Below are positions 14,701 through 26,235 of a stretch of DNA of 64,000 nt, one piece after another; the stretch's first letter is position 1; each line of letters starts with the position of its first letter. This stretch comes from the human T2T-CHM13v2.0 reference genome, Homo sapiens. The notes beneath the pieces are model-generated. The model did not search any database and had not been told where the DNA came from. It worked only from the letters and a program-made list of their open reading frames with translations. Made by a program: the position numbers and the translations under genes. Where the stretch lies: assembly GCF_009914755.1 (NCBI RefSeq), contig NC_060927.1. One strand, 5' to 3'.

Positions 14701-16117
14701 ACACCCTGAATCTCTTCTTCTTTGCTTGTCCAAGACTGTGGTAGAAAAGGGAAATGATTCTCTTTGTCTTTTCTTATTTAATATTATTATTAAAAATTTT
14801 TTAAAAATTCTAGTTCCATGAAAAGACTTTGAAAAATTGTGCCTACTTTTGTTTCCTGCAGGAAAACCTGCCTTGTAAAAATGTATTTTCCATTGACCAC
14901 TTGTGCTTGTTTAAGAAAATAAAAAATAAATAAAGAACTCCAACTTATAATGAATACCTCTGGCATTAGGGAGCCTGTTCTAATCTCCCTTTATCAAGTT
15001 TGAGTGATAGTTCTGCTCAACGAGTATTGACAGGGCCGTCCTGTTTCTCAGGCTTTCGTTTCCCTCGGTTGGAGAAGGATACAGTGCATTTTCACATTCT
15101 CAAAGTCTGCAGTTGTTTTTATATAAGAAGCAATTTGCTTGGGTCACGTCAGGTCGAATGGGATGCCTGCCCAGCTCTTGGTTTTAAAGGAAAAACATAC
15201 AGAAAGACACAAAAACACAGCAGTTTCCTTCATTAAATTCCACTCTACCTGCCATGGGCTTCTAGCCACAATGGAATTTCCCACCCTGGCCTAGCCTAGC
15301 CTAACTTTTATTTTTAGGGATTTTTTTTCCCCTTTAAATCTTATGAGCTTTCTTTCAAGTGAACTTTGAGGTAAGGATTATTAAATGATAGAGTAATTGC
15401 CTGGTTAAAAAAGAATCAGACATAAAAAACAAATGCCTAGTGACCTTCCATAATATCGCTGGATAACCACCCCCTGGATAACAGCCTTTCAAAAACTGTT
15501 CATAATCAGCACAACAAGACAGGTCATGTAATTTAAAATTAAAACCTGAATCATTTAATGAATAGGGATCAGCATTTTTTTCAATAGTACCCTCTTCTTA
15601 CCTAATTGCATTGGATGAAGATAATTTTGGAGAAGAAAATGAATAAATGAAAACACAAGGAACTAGATAAATAGATGGGGCGGGTGGATGGGGGGTGGAG
15701 AGAGAGACAGCAAGTGAGAGAGAGAAGCTTTTGGACCTCTCTCTCCAAAAAGCCATTTATGCTTTTCCCCATTGCCTAGGGGCAACTGATTTAATCAGGA
15801 TTGTTCATGTGGATTATCTAAACTATGAAAAGCAACAGGGAGCACTTCCCAAGAAATCCAGACTGGGTGTGCTGCAGAATACTTGGTTTGGGGCCTGGAG
15901 CTAAGTAGACTGTTCACATTGTACTCAGGGTCCTAAGAAAAGTGGCTCAGTGTCTCTGTAATTCTTTGTCCCTTTGATCTACCTCAACATTTGGTGTCTC
16001 TTGGCATTAGGAAAGCTCACGAAAATGACCCTGCCTAGTTAACAGATTCATAGTCTGGGCACACAAAAAAAGGGTAAGAAAGAAAAAAAGCTTTGGTAAT
16101 GAGGGAGAGAAACGTAC

Positions 16118-16245
16118 CTTCTTGCTATCTTTGCTGGGCATAAATAAAAATCGAAAGATGTGATTTTTGGAGATGTGAATCCCGTTCTTCCCATATTTAG
16201 TAATAGCCTTTTCAGAGCCAATTCAAGACCTTCTATCAACCACCT
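16118..16245 (-). other. Candidate spliced exon (128 nt), product unknown
   Basis: Minus strand: tctaac branch point, then ttgatatgtttaacag| acceptor, and aag|gtacgt donor. Appears to be unique, non-repeat sequence. Confidence 0.4.
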
Positions 16246-16925
16246 CTGTTAAACATATCAAGTTAGATTTCTCATTCATTATTTTCAAGCTGGATTTTGC
16301 ATAATCTTCCTTCAAATGAAGAAGTTTACTTTTCGAACATGTCATTTGCTCTTAGCACTGTTGTTCTCCTTCACCCATTTTGGCTTCTTATCCTCAAATC
16401 CCTGATTCCTTATTAAAGTGGATTGTTAATGCAGCCATTCTTTAGCACCACAGCACATTTATAAATCAAAAATTAGTTTACTCTGCCTGGCTTCCAAAAC
16501 CATTTGCTGCTTGAAACCATTTCATGAGTTTGTCTACTCATGTGAATAAATAAAAACTTGCCTATAATGTGACTTTGGGAAAGGAAAGAGCAACTATATG
16601 AAACGAATTCTACAGAGGCCAAAATTATTTTCACGAGTTTCATGGATTCAGCCCTTGCATGTGCCATTCTACATTAACTTTATCTCTGAGATTAGGATTT
16701 TGCTTCTCTTTTTTTTTTTAATTATACTTTAAGTTTTAGGCTACATGTGCACATTGTGCAGGTTAGTTACATATGTATACATGTGCCATGCTGGTGCACT
16801 GCACCCACTAACTCGTCATCTAGCCTTAGGTATATCTCCCAATGCTATCCCTCCCCCCTCCCCCCACCCCACCACAGTCCCCAGAGTGTGGTATTCCCCT
16901 TCATGTGTCCATGTGATCTCATTGT

Positions 16926-17705
16926 TCAATTCCCACCTATGAGTGAGAATATACGGTGTTTGGTTTTTTGTTCTTGCGATAGTTTACTGAGAATGATGAT
17001 TTCCAATTTCATCCATGTCCCTACAAAGGATACGAACTCATCATTTTTTATGGCTGCATAGTATTCCATGGTGTATATATGCCACATTTTCTTAATCCAG
17101 TCTATCATTGTTGGACATTTGGGTTGGTTCCAAGTCTTTGCTATTGTGAATAATGCCGCAATAAACATACATGTGCATGTGTCTTTATAGCAGCATGATT
17201 TATAGTCCTTTGGGTATATACCCAGTAATGGGATGGCTGGGTCAAATGGTATTTCTAGTTCTAGATCCCTGAGGAATCGCCACACTCACTTCCACAATGG
17301 TTGAACTAGTTTACAGTCCCACCAACAGTGTAAAAGTGTTCCTATTTCTCCACATCCTCTCCAGCACCTGTTGTTTCCTGACTTTTTAATGATTGCCATT
17401 CTAACTGGTGTGAGATGATATCTCATAGTGGTTTTGATTTGCATTTCTCTGATGGCCAGTGATGATGAGCATTTTTTCATGTGTTTTTTGGCTGCATAAA
17501 TGTCTTCTTTTGAGAAGTGTCTGTTCATGTCCTTCGCCCACTTTTTGATGGGGTTGTTTGTTTTTTTCTTGTAAATTTGTTTGAGTTCATTGTAGATTCT
17601 GGATATTAGCCATGAGTAGGTTGTGAAAATTTTCTCCCATGTTGTAGGTTGCCTGTTCACTCTGATGGTAGTTTCTTTTGCTGTGCAGAAGCTCTTTAGT
17701 TTAAT
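16926..17705 (-). pseudogene. L1 ORF2 C-terminal fragment (Cys-rich/CTD region), disrupted
   Basis: ORF track gives WRFLRDLELEIPFDPAIPLLGIYPKDYKSCCYKDTC...IFSLIGGN and [19 protein letters not shown] stop separates the two pieces, and there is a 9-bp in-frame deletion near 17611. Confidence 0.93.
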
Positions 17706-18251
17706 CTACGTCTGATTGGTGTACCTGAAAGTGATGTGGAGAATGGAACCAAGTTGGAAAACACTCTGCAGGATATTATCCAGGAGAACTTCCCCAATCT
17801 AGCAAGGCAGGCCAACGTTCAGATTCAGGAAATACAGAGAACGCCACAAAGATACTCCTCGAGAAGAGCAACTCCAAGACACACAATTGTCAGATTCACC
17901 AAAGTTGAAATGAAGGAAAAAATGTTAAGGGCAGCCAGAGAGAAAGGTCGGGTTACCCTCAAAGGGAAGCCCATCAGACTAACAGCGGATCTCTCGGCAG
18001 AAACCCTACAAGCCAGAAGAGAGTGGGGGCCAATATTCAACATTCTTAAAGAAAAGAATTTTCAACCCAGAATTTCATATCCAGCCAAACTATGCTTCAT
18101 AAGTGAAGGAGAAATAAAATACTTTACAGACAAGCAAATGCTGAGAGATTTTGTCACCACCAAGCCTGCCCTAAAAGAGCTCCTGAAGGAAGCGCTAAAC
18201 ATGGAAAGGAACAACCGGTACCAGCCGCTGCAAAATCATGCCAAAATGTAA
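17703..18251 (+). pseudogene. L1 ORF1 C-terminal half (RRM/CTD), 5'-truncated by the inversion
   Basis: ENGTKLENTLQDIIQENFPNLARQ...ARREWGPIFNILKEKNFQPRISYPAKL...YQPLQNHAKM is L1 ORF1p. Confidence 0.95.
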
Positions 18252-18314
18252 AGACCATCGAGACTAGGAAGAAACTGCATCAACTAACGAGCAAAATCAC
18301 CAGCTAACATCATA

Positions 18315-18791
18315 ATGACAGGATCAAATCCACACATAACAATATTAACTTTAAATGTAAATGGACTAAATTCTCCAATTAAAAGACACAGACTGGCAAG
18401 TTGGATAAAGAGTCAAGACCCATCAGTGTGCTATATTCAGGAAACCCATCTCACGTGCAGAGACACACATAGGCTCAAAATAAAAGGATGGAGGAAGATC
18501 TACCAAGCAAATGGAAAACTAAAAAAGGCAGGGGTTGCAATCCTAGTCTCTGATAAAACAGACTTTAAACCAACAAAGATCAAAAGAGATAAAGAAGGCC
18601 ATTACATAATGGTAAAGGGATCAATTCAACAAGAGGAGCTAACTATCCTAAATATATATGCACCCAATACAGGAGCACCCAGATTCATAAAGCAAGTCCT
18701 GAGTGACCTACAAAGAGACTTAGACTCCCACACATTAATAATGGGAGACTTTAACACCCCACTGTCAACATTAGACAGATCAACGAGACAG
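18315..18791 (+). pseudogene. L1 ORF2 N-terminal APE-like endonuclease fragment (~159 aa), truncated at the TSD
   Basis: MTGSNPHITILTLNVNGLN...IQETH...NIYAPN...MGDFNTPL; the 63-nt inter-ORF spacer is intact. Confidence 0.95.
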
Positions 18792-19408
18792 GATTTTGCT
18801 TCTTAAGTAGATGTCATTTTTCTCCAGTAAAACCAAGTGGTTTACCCTGACATTTAGTAGTAATTTAGTGATTTCAGAGTTCCTTCTAAATCTAAAGTAA
18901 ATGTTCATGAGACTCATGAACTTGTATCTAGACAATTAATCTGAGCATTTTAAGACTTCCCTGAGGCTACATATAATCTCTCACAACCCCTTGCAAAACC
19001 TGAGATTTTGAACCACTGTCAAGTTTGTGGTTGCCCTGGTAAGGAGTAAAGCAAAATCATTACTTATGGCAACTACCACACAAACATTGTAGTGAACTGA
19101 AGTATAAGAAAATCACTACTATACTTTAGACAGAACATTAGGATTAATGCTGGTAACCAAGGAACTAAGAGCCTGTAAATATAACTGGCTTAAGAAGGAG
19201 AACAGGATTAAACAATATTGGAGTTTAGAAACAAAAGTAGTACTGTATCAACCTGTCACTATGCAGCCAGTCATTACAATAAAACTAACCAAAGGATGGC
19301 GGCAGAAAGAAATAAAAGTATTTTTGTGTACAATTCTTCTTGAAGCACTACTTGAATTGCATCTGTAGGGAACAGGTCTCATAGGTCTATTATTTGCCCA
19401 CCTCCCCA

Positions 19409-19432
19409 ACACACACACACACACACACACAC
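19409..19432. repeat. (CA)n microsatellite
   Basis: About 12 CA units read directly. Confidence 0.95.
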
Positions 19433-19907
19433 GTACTAGCCTAGGCCGATATCTACTGTGGTAAGTTTGCATCTGTGAGCCACTGAGCAGCTGCTTTATA
19501 TATGCAGCATAGGATGAAAGAGAGAAAACTGGGGTACTCATGGTTTTTGTGTAATATCACAAAGAAAAGAAAACAAAAAAAGGCTTAGAGAAAGTTAAAG
19601 GAAAATGGGCAGTGGTACATATACAGAACAAGTTAGGATTCCCTAGGAACTGGTAATAGGACTAAACTTGCTTAACATCTATCAAAATGACTTACTTATT
19701 CCAGGGTCTTGCATATACATAGCAGAAGCACAATTAATTTTTGCTGAATGAATAATCTGGAACAAGGAATGTAAAATAAATTATCCAAAAATGTTGATGG
19801 AATGAAACTTTTCTGAGCAAGGAAAAGCTAAACTGATGGAACACAATATTTATCCAGGTGTGCAGAAAGGTGCCAGTGCAAATAGAGAAAAACAAAATAT
19901 TCAAATA

Positions 19908-20272
19908 CAGTCGTTTGCCGTGTAATGACATTTTGGTCAACAATGAACCACATATATCTATACCATGGTGGTCCCATAGATTATAATACTGTATTTTTGC
20001 TGTACCTTTTCTATGTTTAGATATGTTTACATATGTAAATACTTACCATCTACTCTGTTACAATTGCCTACAGTATTCAGTTCAGTAACATACTGTACAG
20101 GTTTATAAGGTTTATGGCCTAGGAGCAATAAGTTATACTATATAGCCTATATGTTAGTAGTATATACCATCTAGGTTTGTTTAAGTACACTCTATGATGT
20201 TTCCACAATGATGAAATTGCCTAAGGATGCATTTCTCAGATTGTATCCCCATCATCAAGTGATGCATGTCTA
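19908..20272 (-). mobile_element. Tigger3a/MER7A-type Tc1-mariner MITE
   Basis: Starts TA|cagtc. Contains ccatctaggtttgtttaagtacactctatgatg...atgcatttctcaga, the reverse of the Tigger3 left end; ~360 bp. Confidence 0.85.
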
Positions 20273-21897
20273 GTTTAATTATAAGTCTTACCTAGGAAAG
20301 GGACTTAAAGGCTATGAGCTCTTTCAGGCAAAAAGGCCTTCAAAATTTTGGCACTCATTAAGTAAAGTAATGAAAATAAGGTTTATAATTCCCTTATATT
20401 AAACCCTCTGCAATTATGTGAAACTATCTGTACTTCAAATGCCATGTTCCTATAACATAACAACTCAGGGTGTCTTACACAGGACAGTCATTAAAGAGTT
20501 TAAGGTAGATTAAAATAATCTGCATTAGTAGAGAACAAATTATTTTGCGGTATTATAACAATTCATTGAACATGAGAAAAAGCAAACAAACACGCTTGTT
20601 AATAAATGTTACTTAACAGACATCACACTGACATTTCTTAGTGACTGACTGCCATGGAAGCTTTCTAATAAGTCTAATTTTTCCCACGCTCTGAGTTTAT
20701 AAGATAGCAATATTGTAGCTTTGGGTGTTTACCTTTGTTTATTTATTGGGCGGAGTTTTATTGCGTGCCTCCTCCAGCTGTGCCAATCTGGTAAGATCAA
20801 ATGGAATCCTTTAGCTATTGTCACTATCCTAAATGGACCGCATGCTTCCTTTGTCCCTTGCATTCTCTGATTTTCGCTGGGGGTTATCTATCATGGCTGT
20901 ACATCCAAGTCTCTAATCTATCTCCTTTCTCATCCGTTTTTCCTGACTTATTTCCCTTTTCCCTTTGTCTATTTCCCTGTGAGAAGCCAAAAGACTGTAT
21001 AGTTCTTAGTAGCGGTAGTAGTGCTATCTAGAGTTGGCATCCAACAGCACCAGTGTTATAATACACTTTCTACAATCAAGAAATGATTTGATTTCCTTGC
21101 CTCAGTAGAAATTTTACAAGTTAACAGTGGTTCACCTGATATAAACCATAATATTTCTATCATATCATGAAAGAATTCTAAAAAATCTGTTAGACTTTCT
21201 TCTACAAGTTTGCCTATTTCCTCTGAATACAGTTAATTCACCTGGCAACAAAGGAGATTAGCTATTTCTTTTTGTATGCAGACAGAAAGAAGTGTGATCT
21301 TTCTTTGCCAATAAAAACTTCTAGTAAGTGGTGATAGACTTCAAAACCCTTCTTTTTATTTGAAAATCATGGTTCAGTTATCAGGAATTCCAAATTCAGA
21401 ATCTAAGAACAGTGATCCTATATAGTCTTGTGATTTTGCACATGCTAGGGATTGGTAAGTTGCTGAAGACTTCTTAAATAAGAGAGGAAGCATTTTTCTT
21501 TTCACTTGCAAAGAACCAGGAGGTACATTAAAAGAGGTTTTAGAGTAACTAGAATGTGTGATAAACTGTTCACTTTCTGTTTTAAAACTGTCCATGAGGT
21601 TCCCTTTAGAGATAGGACAGACTACAGAGAACGTGGTGTCTCGTTTCTATGGGTTGAAATTCCACAGAACAATGCTTTGCAAAGAGTCATACCACCAGTT
21701 CCTTTTCCTGTGAGATGCAAATACTAAAAACAGATATGGGCTGGACAAGATTATTTTAAAAATAGATAGAAGGCAATAAAAGCTTTGGTGATATTCTAGA
21801 TTACATATGAAATGTGTAAAAGCGTAAAATGAAAAGTTCTCTACTTTTTAAAAGCTGCATCAAAATTTCCTTCCTACACTGTAATCGTGCCCCTTAA

Positions 21898-22028
21898 CCC
21901 ATCTATGCCTGAGGTTGCAATTTCTTTGAATTTCTGCAATCAGACCATGGCGATGACCTTGAGCAGTAGGATATAAATAACTCCTCCATGCTTAGCGTTC
22001 CAATAATGGAACACTAGGCATAAATGGG
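21898..22028 (-). mobile_element. MER85 (PGBD3-derived piggyBac MITE)
   Basis: TIRs cccatctatgcct / aggcataaatggg, flanked by TTAA (21894-21897) and ATAA. Interior matches the MER85 consensus, including palindrome gttccaataatggaac at 21997-22012. Confidence 0.93.
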
Positions 22029-23019
22029 ATAAAACACAAATTGCTAGGTTCATGATAAACAGAGCACATCTGTAAACAAAATAACTTTTAAAAAATATGC
22101 CTACATATATAATTTTATTACTTCTAGAAACACAAGTGTTATTAGACTTAAAGAGAGCCAGTGAATTGAATCAACTTATTCTGATATGAACCTCAATGTG
22201 ATCTGATTGCAGGCTGCAATGATTAACACGTTTTAAAAGAAATGGGTCCATACTATACTTTCCAACTGCCCACCCTTCTGTTCTTCTTATGCTACAGATT
22301 TATGGCAGCCTAACCTCCAGCCAACAAGTTAGAGAATTGGGTAAGACATCATTTTGGCTTTTTAAGAAAATTATGGATAATCAAAAAACATGACACAAAA
22401 GATTTAGTGGCTATTATCAGGGTATAAACTAATAACTAAAGGCATTTATGTGTTAGGTAATAATGATGCTTAGAAAATTATAAATATCAAGATGCTCTTT
22501 CAACAACTATATTCCAGATTTAGGAATTTTGTAGAGGATATGGCATAAGAGTGTTAAGAAATGTATACTTTTTTGAAAATAAAATAAAGTCTGATTTATT
22601 TATTATCCAAGTTCCTGTGTTTTCTGGGAAAAATGTATTAATGAGAGGTAGCATTATTTGATAGTTAATGGAGAGTGGAAATCATCTGTTACAGGCCCAC
22701 ATGCTCACAAGCAAAATAATATTCTCTCAATCCTCAAATGGAAATGGGGATTATAAAATGCTATAAGACTCTGTCAACATTTCTGATAAATTCCATGAAA
22801 ATTTTGTGTTACATATTTTAAAAATTGTGTACTATGATTATAACATAGTTGATTATTAAATATGTAATCCTTTCTTTCAGATTATTCTTCTTCCTTAAAT
22901 GTAAAGGGTATATTATTTTCTTGATTTATTCTTTTGGATAAATATCCTGTACATAGATGTCTGAAATCCAGCCCGTCAGTTTCCCTTTAAATTCTAGCAT
23001 ATTTTAAAGGACCTTAAAA

Positions 23020-23182
23020 GATGACTGTGGAGTACTGCCTGATTTGGAACTTGCCTCTGTCTCTTACACACTGTATGACGTTGGGCAAGCCACTTAACTT
23101 CTCAGTACTTCAGTTTCATCATCAGTCAGAACAGCACAATAATAGTACCCTGCTCCTATGGTTACTATGAGGATTAGTGGGT
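23020..23182 (+). mobile_element. MIR
   Basis: Core ctgtatgacgttgggcaagccacttaacttctcagtacttcagtttcatcatc. Confidence 0.8.
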
Positions 23183-23847
23183 TTCATACTGTCAATAATA
23201 AGTTGCCTTTCTGGGTCTTTGAAGTACTTGAAATCAGGTTAATTAAATTAAGCAGAGCTTTGGTCCCTTTGTTTGACAAGTAATCTCCAATTTTCATTTC
23301 CAGGTTCTGATCCCCTAAAATCAGTGGAATAAAACCTTGTTTGTGTAACTGCCATCTTCCTGCCCCAAAGCCAAGATTAATTTACCTGTTGGTTTTAGTT
23401 TTCACTAGGTCTCTCTTTAGCTAGGTGCTTCTAAGGGTAAAATATCAACTATTAAACTATTTGAGGCAGGAGATGTTGAAAGGGGAATTTAATTGTTAAG
23501 TCAATAGCAGTGTGCCAGCTTAGTCTGCCTTTCAGAAAGATCACCATAGTAATAACGAGACCAATAAATAAATAAAAAGTATAAAATATACATCTATGCA
23601 GAATCTTAGAACCCTTTCTCTAACACATAAGTCATTAAAGGAAGCTCTGAGGTCTGCCTATGTGATTCAACATTTACACACATCATAGTTCTATGGAAGA
23701 AATTCTCAGTTGAGAGCTACCAGCTTTCTTCAGATCGGATCAGATTTTTCTATACTCCATTATAAACAACAAAAACAAAAGCAAACAAGTGAACAACAAC
23801 AACAAAACTGTAGTTGTGGTTCACTCCAGTAATATATACTACCAATT

Positions 23848-24073
23848 CAGTGGTTCTTAACTGGGGGACAATTTTGCCACCCCCTTCCCCACCAGGGGAG
23901 AACTGGCAACATCTGGAGACAATTTTGATAATCCAAACTGAGGGGTGCTCCAATGGGGAGAGGTCAGAAATACCACTAAACATCCTACAGTGCACAGAAC
24001 AGACATCTACCCTGCATCCCGGCAAAGAATTATCTACTCCAAAGTATCATAGTGCCACTGTTGAAAAACCCTG
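23848..24073 (+). mobile_element. MER20 (hAT-Charlie)
   Basis: cagtggttcttaactggggg...ggcaacatctggagaca...taaacatcctacagtgcacag...ttgaaaaaccctg. Confidence 0.88.
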
Positions 24074-26064
24074 TGCTAAACTAACATCTGAGAGCCACTG
24101 GCCTTAAACCATCAGCCACATCAACACGTAAGACACTCAGCCTATGGGATAGTCTAACAGTTAAAGAAGACACCTTAGAGGGAACTACTTCAAAAATATA
24201 TAAACTGACAAATCTGGATACCATACTAAGGAAAAAACTGGTAAAACAGGTAGTTGTTTGAAAGCTTCTTATGCCCATTATTATAAACCAATAATTTTAG
24301 ATTACTGAACCAACCAGACTAATATTCCCTTTGAATTCCAGGAGGTATAAAAATATGAAGTCATCGACTATGCAACATTATCCTGCTATGGAGACATTCT
24401 GAAATGGTTTATAAAAGCAGTGAACACATTAAAAAAAAAAAAACTAGCCCAAATGAGTTATGCAAAGTTAAAGTCATTTTTTCTAGGACCAGTTTTTTTT
24501 CCTGTGCATAGTATTTTCCATATGTACCGCAAACATTCATTTGTGCAGAACATAGCACCACATTTCTAATACAACTCCTCTCTGAAGACAAATCAGGCTA
24601 AAGCTAAGAGTTGCAGAACCATTTCTGTATGAGTCATTTTTAGCACAACATAAGCCCTAGAGTAAAATTTATTTTCTAAATAAGCCACAATTATTCTGCA
24701 AACATTTAACCTAGCACCTCTCAACTGTTAAAGAATGTCAATTATATATGAAAGGAAGAACAAATATAAAGGAAATTTGAAAATCAAGAAAATTTTTTCT
24801 GAGAAAAGTTTGTGAGAATTATTATGAATACAGCTAAAATTCAAATATGTGACATTTTATTTTTTTAAGGGTTTCCCTGTCAAAGACAACACATATTTTT
24901 CTAATGAAAGAGGATGCCTGAAGTTGACATTCATAAGAGCATTTGGATACTACCAATGTGAAGTTGTACAGATTTACTCATTTCTGCAATTACCCTCTTG
25001 TGTTTGAATTCTACTTTGGTTAGTGGTAGCAAGCACTAAACTGTACTGAGGGCTTCGCAAAAGTTGACTTTATTTCTTTACACTTAGAACCCCAAAAATT
25101 TACTTCCTAGGAAGATACTAGGGAATCATATCTTACTGAGGAGGAAATAAGAGGTGGAATAACTGGATTAGCCTCACAAAGAATGAAAGCTCAGTAATTT
25201 CTGAGTTGGCAATATTTTTCACCCTCCTTTTCTCCATTTAAATTTCTAGATTTACCTTCAAAACACTTGCCTTTTTCTACCTTAAGGGAAGTTCTAGGAT
25301 CAGGGAGATGGAGATAGAGAAGGTAGAGATAGTTTTAGGTTTTCACAGAAGTTCAATTAAAAACTGCCAAGTACCTCCTACCAAGAGACCACCACTAAAA
25401 TTTATTTCTAGAACAAGGTGCAGAAAAATAAAAGGTAGAAAGCAGGAATGTTCTGGTACTGTAAAATATTTGGGGAAAAAGTCTAATTTCTGTTCTCAAA
25501 ATGGTTACTATCTTGCTCTAGAGAAAAACATAAACCCTCTTAAAATAACTGAAGAACAATAAGAAACAGTATAATTAAGTGTAAAAATGGGTGGTAGAAG
25601 CAAAATGCTGTGGGGCACCCATGTGTCTTACATCTTTCCAACACAGAGAAAAGAGACAATGGGTCAAATGCAGCCTACTCTAGTCTCTGATATTAGTTTC
25701 ATTACACAGCTATAATCCCATTACAAAGAACTTGAAGGAACTGTTGACATTTTTTGCTGCCCTGGAGTTTATTGTCTCAAGTATTGCTTGAAATACCAGG
25801 GTACATGCAGAGATGTCTGCTCTAATGGTATTTGTTGACCTACATTATGTTAGGGTTAGCCTGAATAAATGGAGAGGAACGCTACATGGAATCAGTTAGT
25901 TAGATTGTTTGTAAGTAGGCGTGCATTATTTTTACCATGTTTTATTATTTTTAACCTAAAGACTACGCATTTAAAGTAGGGTATTATCTGTAAGTAATCT
26001 TGTTGTTATATGAAACAGTAATATTTATTAAAAGTGCTTTTGTAAAGCCCAAAAAGGGGATCTG

Positions 26065-26235
26065 CAGAGGCAGATTTACTGCATATTTAATGGAGCTTAA
26101 ACCTCAGGGACCTTCACTTGCGCAGCCCCCCTTCCAAGGTCCTGTACTTAACTCTGTAATCATAATTTTGTATTCTTTTTCTTCAAGAGGACCCCCCAAA
26201 TAGTTTAAGCTTCTGGTAAAATCTTGATCTAGCCT
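26065..26235 (+). mobile_element. MER53-like hAT fossil
   Basis: cagaggcagatttac...gcttaaacctcagggaccttcacttgc...ccttccaagg...gtattctttttct...aagcttc. Confidence 0.7.

Larger units (their letters stand above)
16708..18791 (-). mobile_element. L1PA2-like LINE-1 with 5' inversion (twin priming). Minus-strand 3' end at 16708-17705; inverted plus-strand ORF1/ORF2 piece at 17703-18791
   Basis: Poly-T at ~16709-16719. Young L1 3'UTR with GAG (not ACA/ACG) at the Ta-diagnostic site. TSD aggattttgcttct at 16694-16707 and 18790-18803. aat microhomology at the inversion junction. Confidence 0.95.

Noticed and set aside
16745-17061. ORFs of 65 and 104 aa on the plus strand
   Set aside because: Antisense readings of the L1 3'UTR and ORF2 end.
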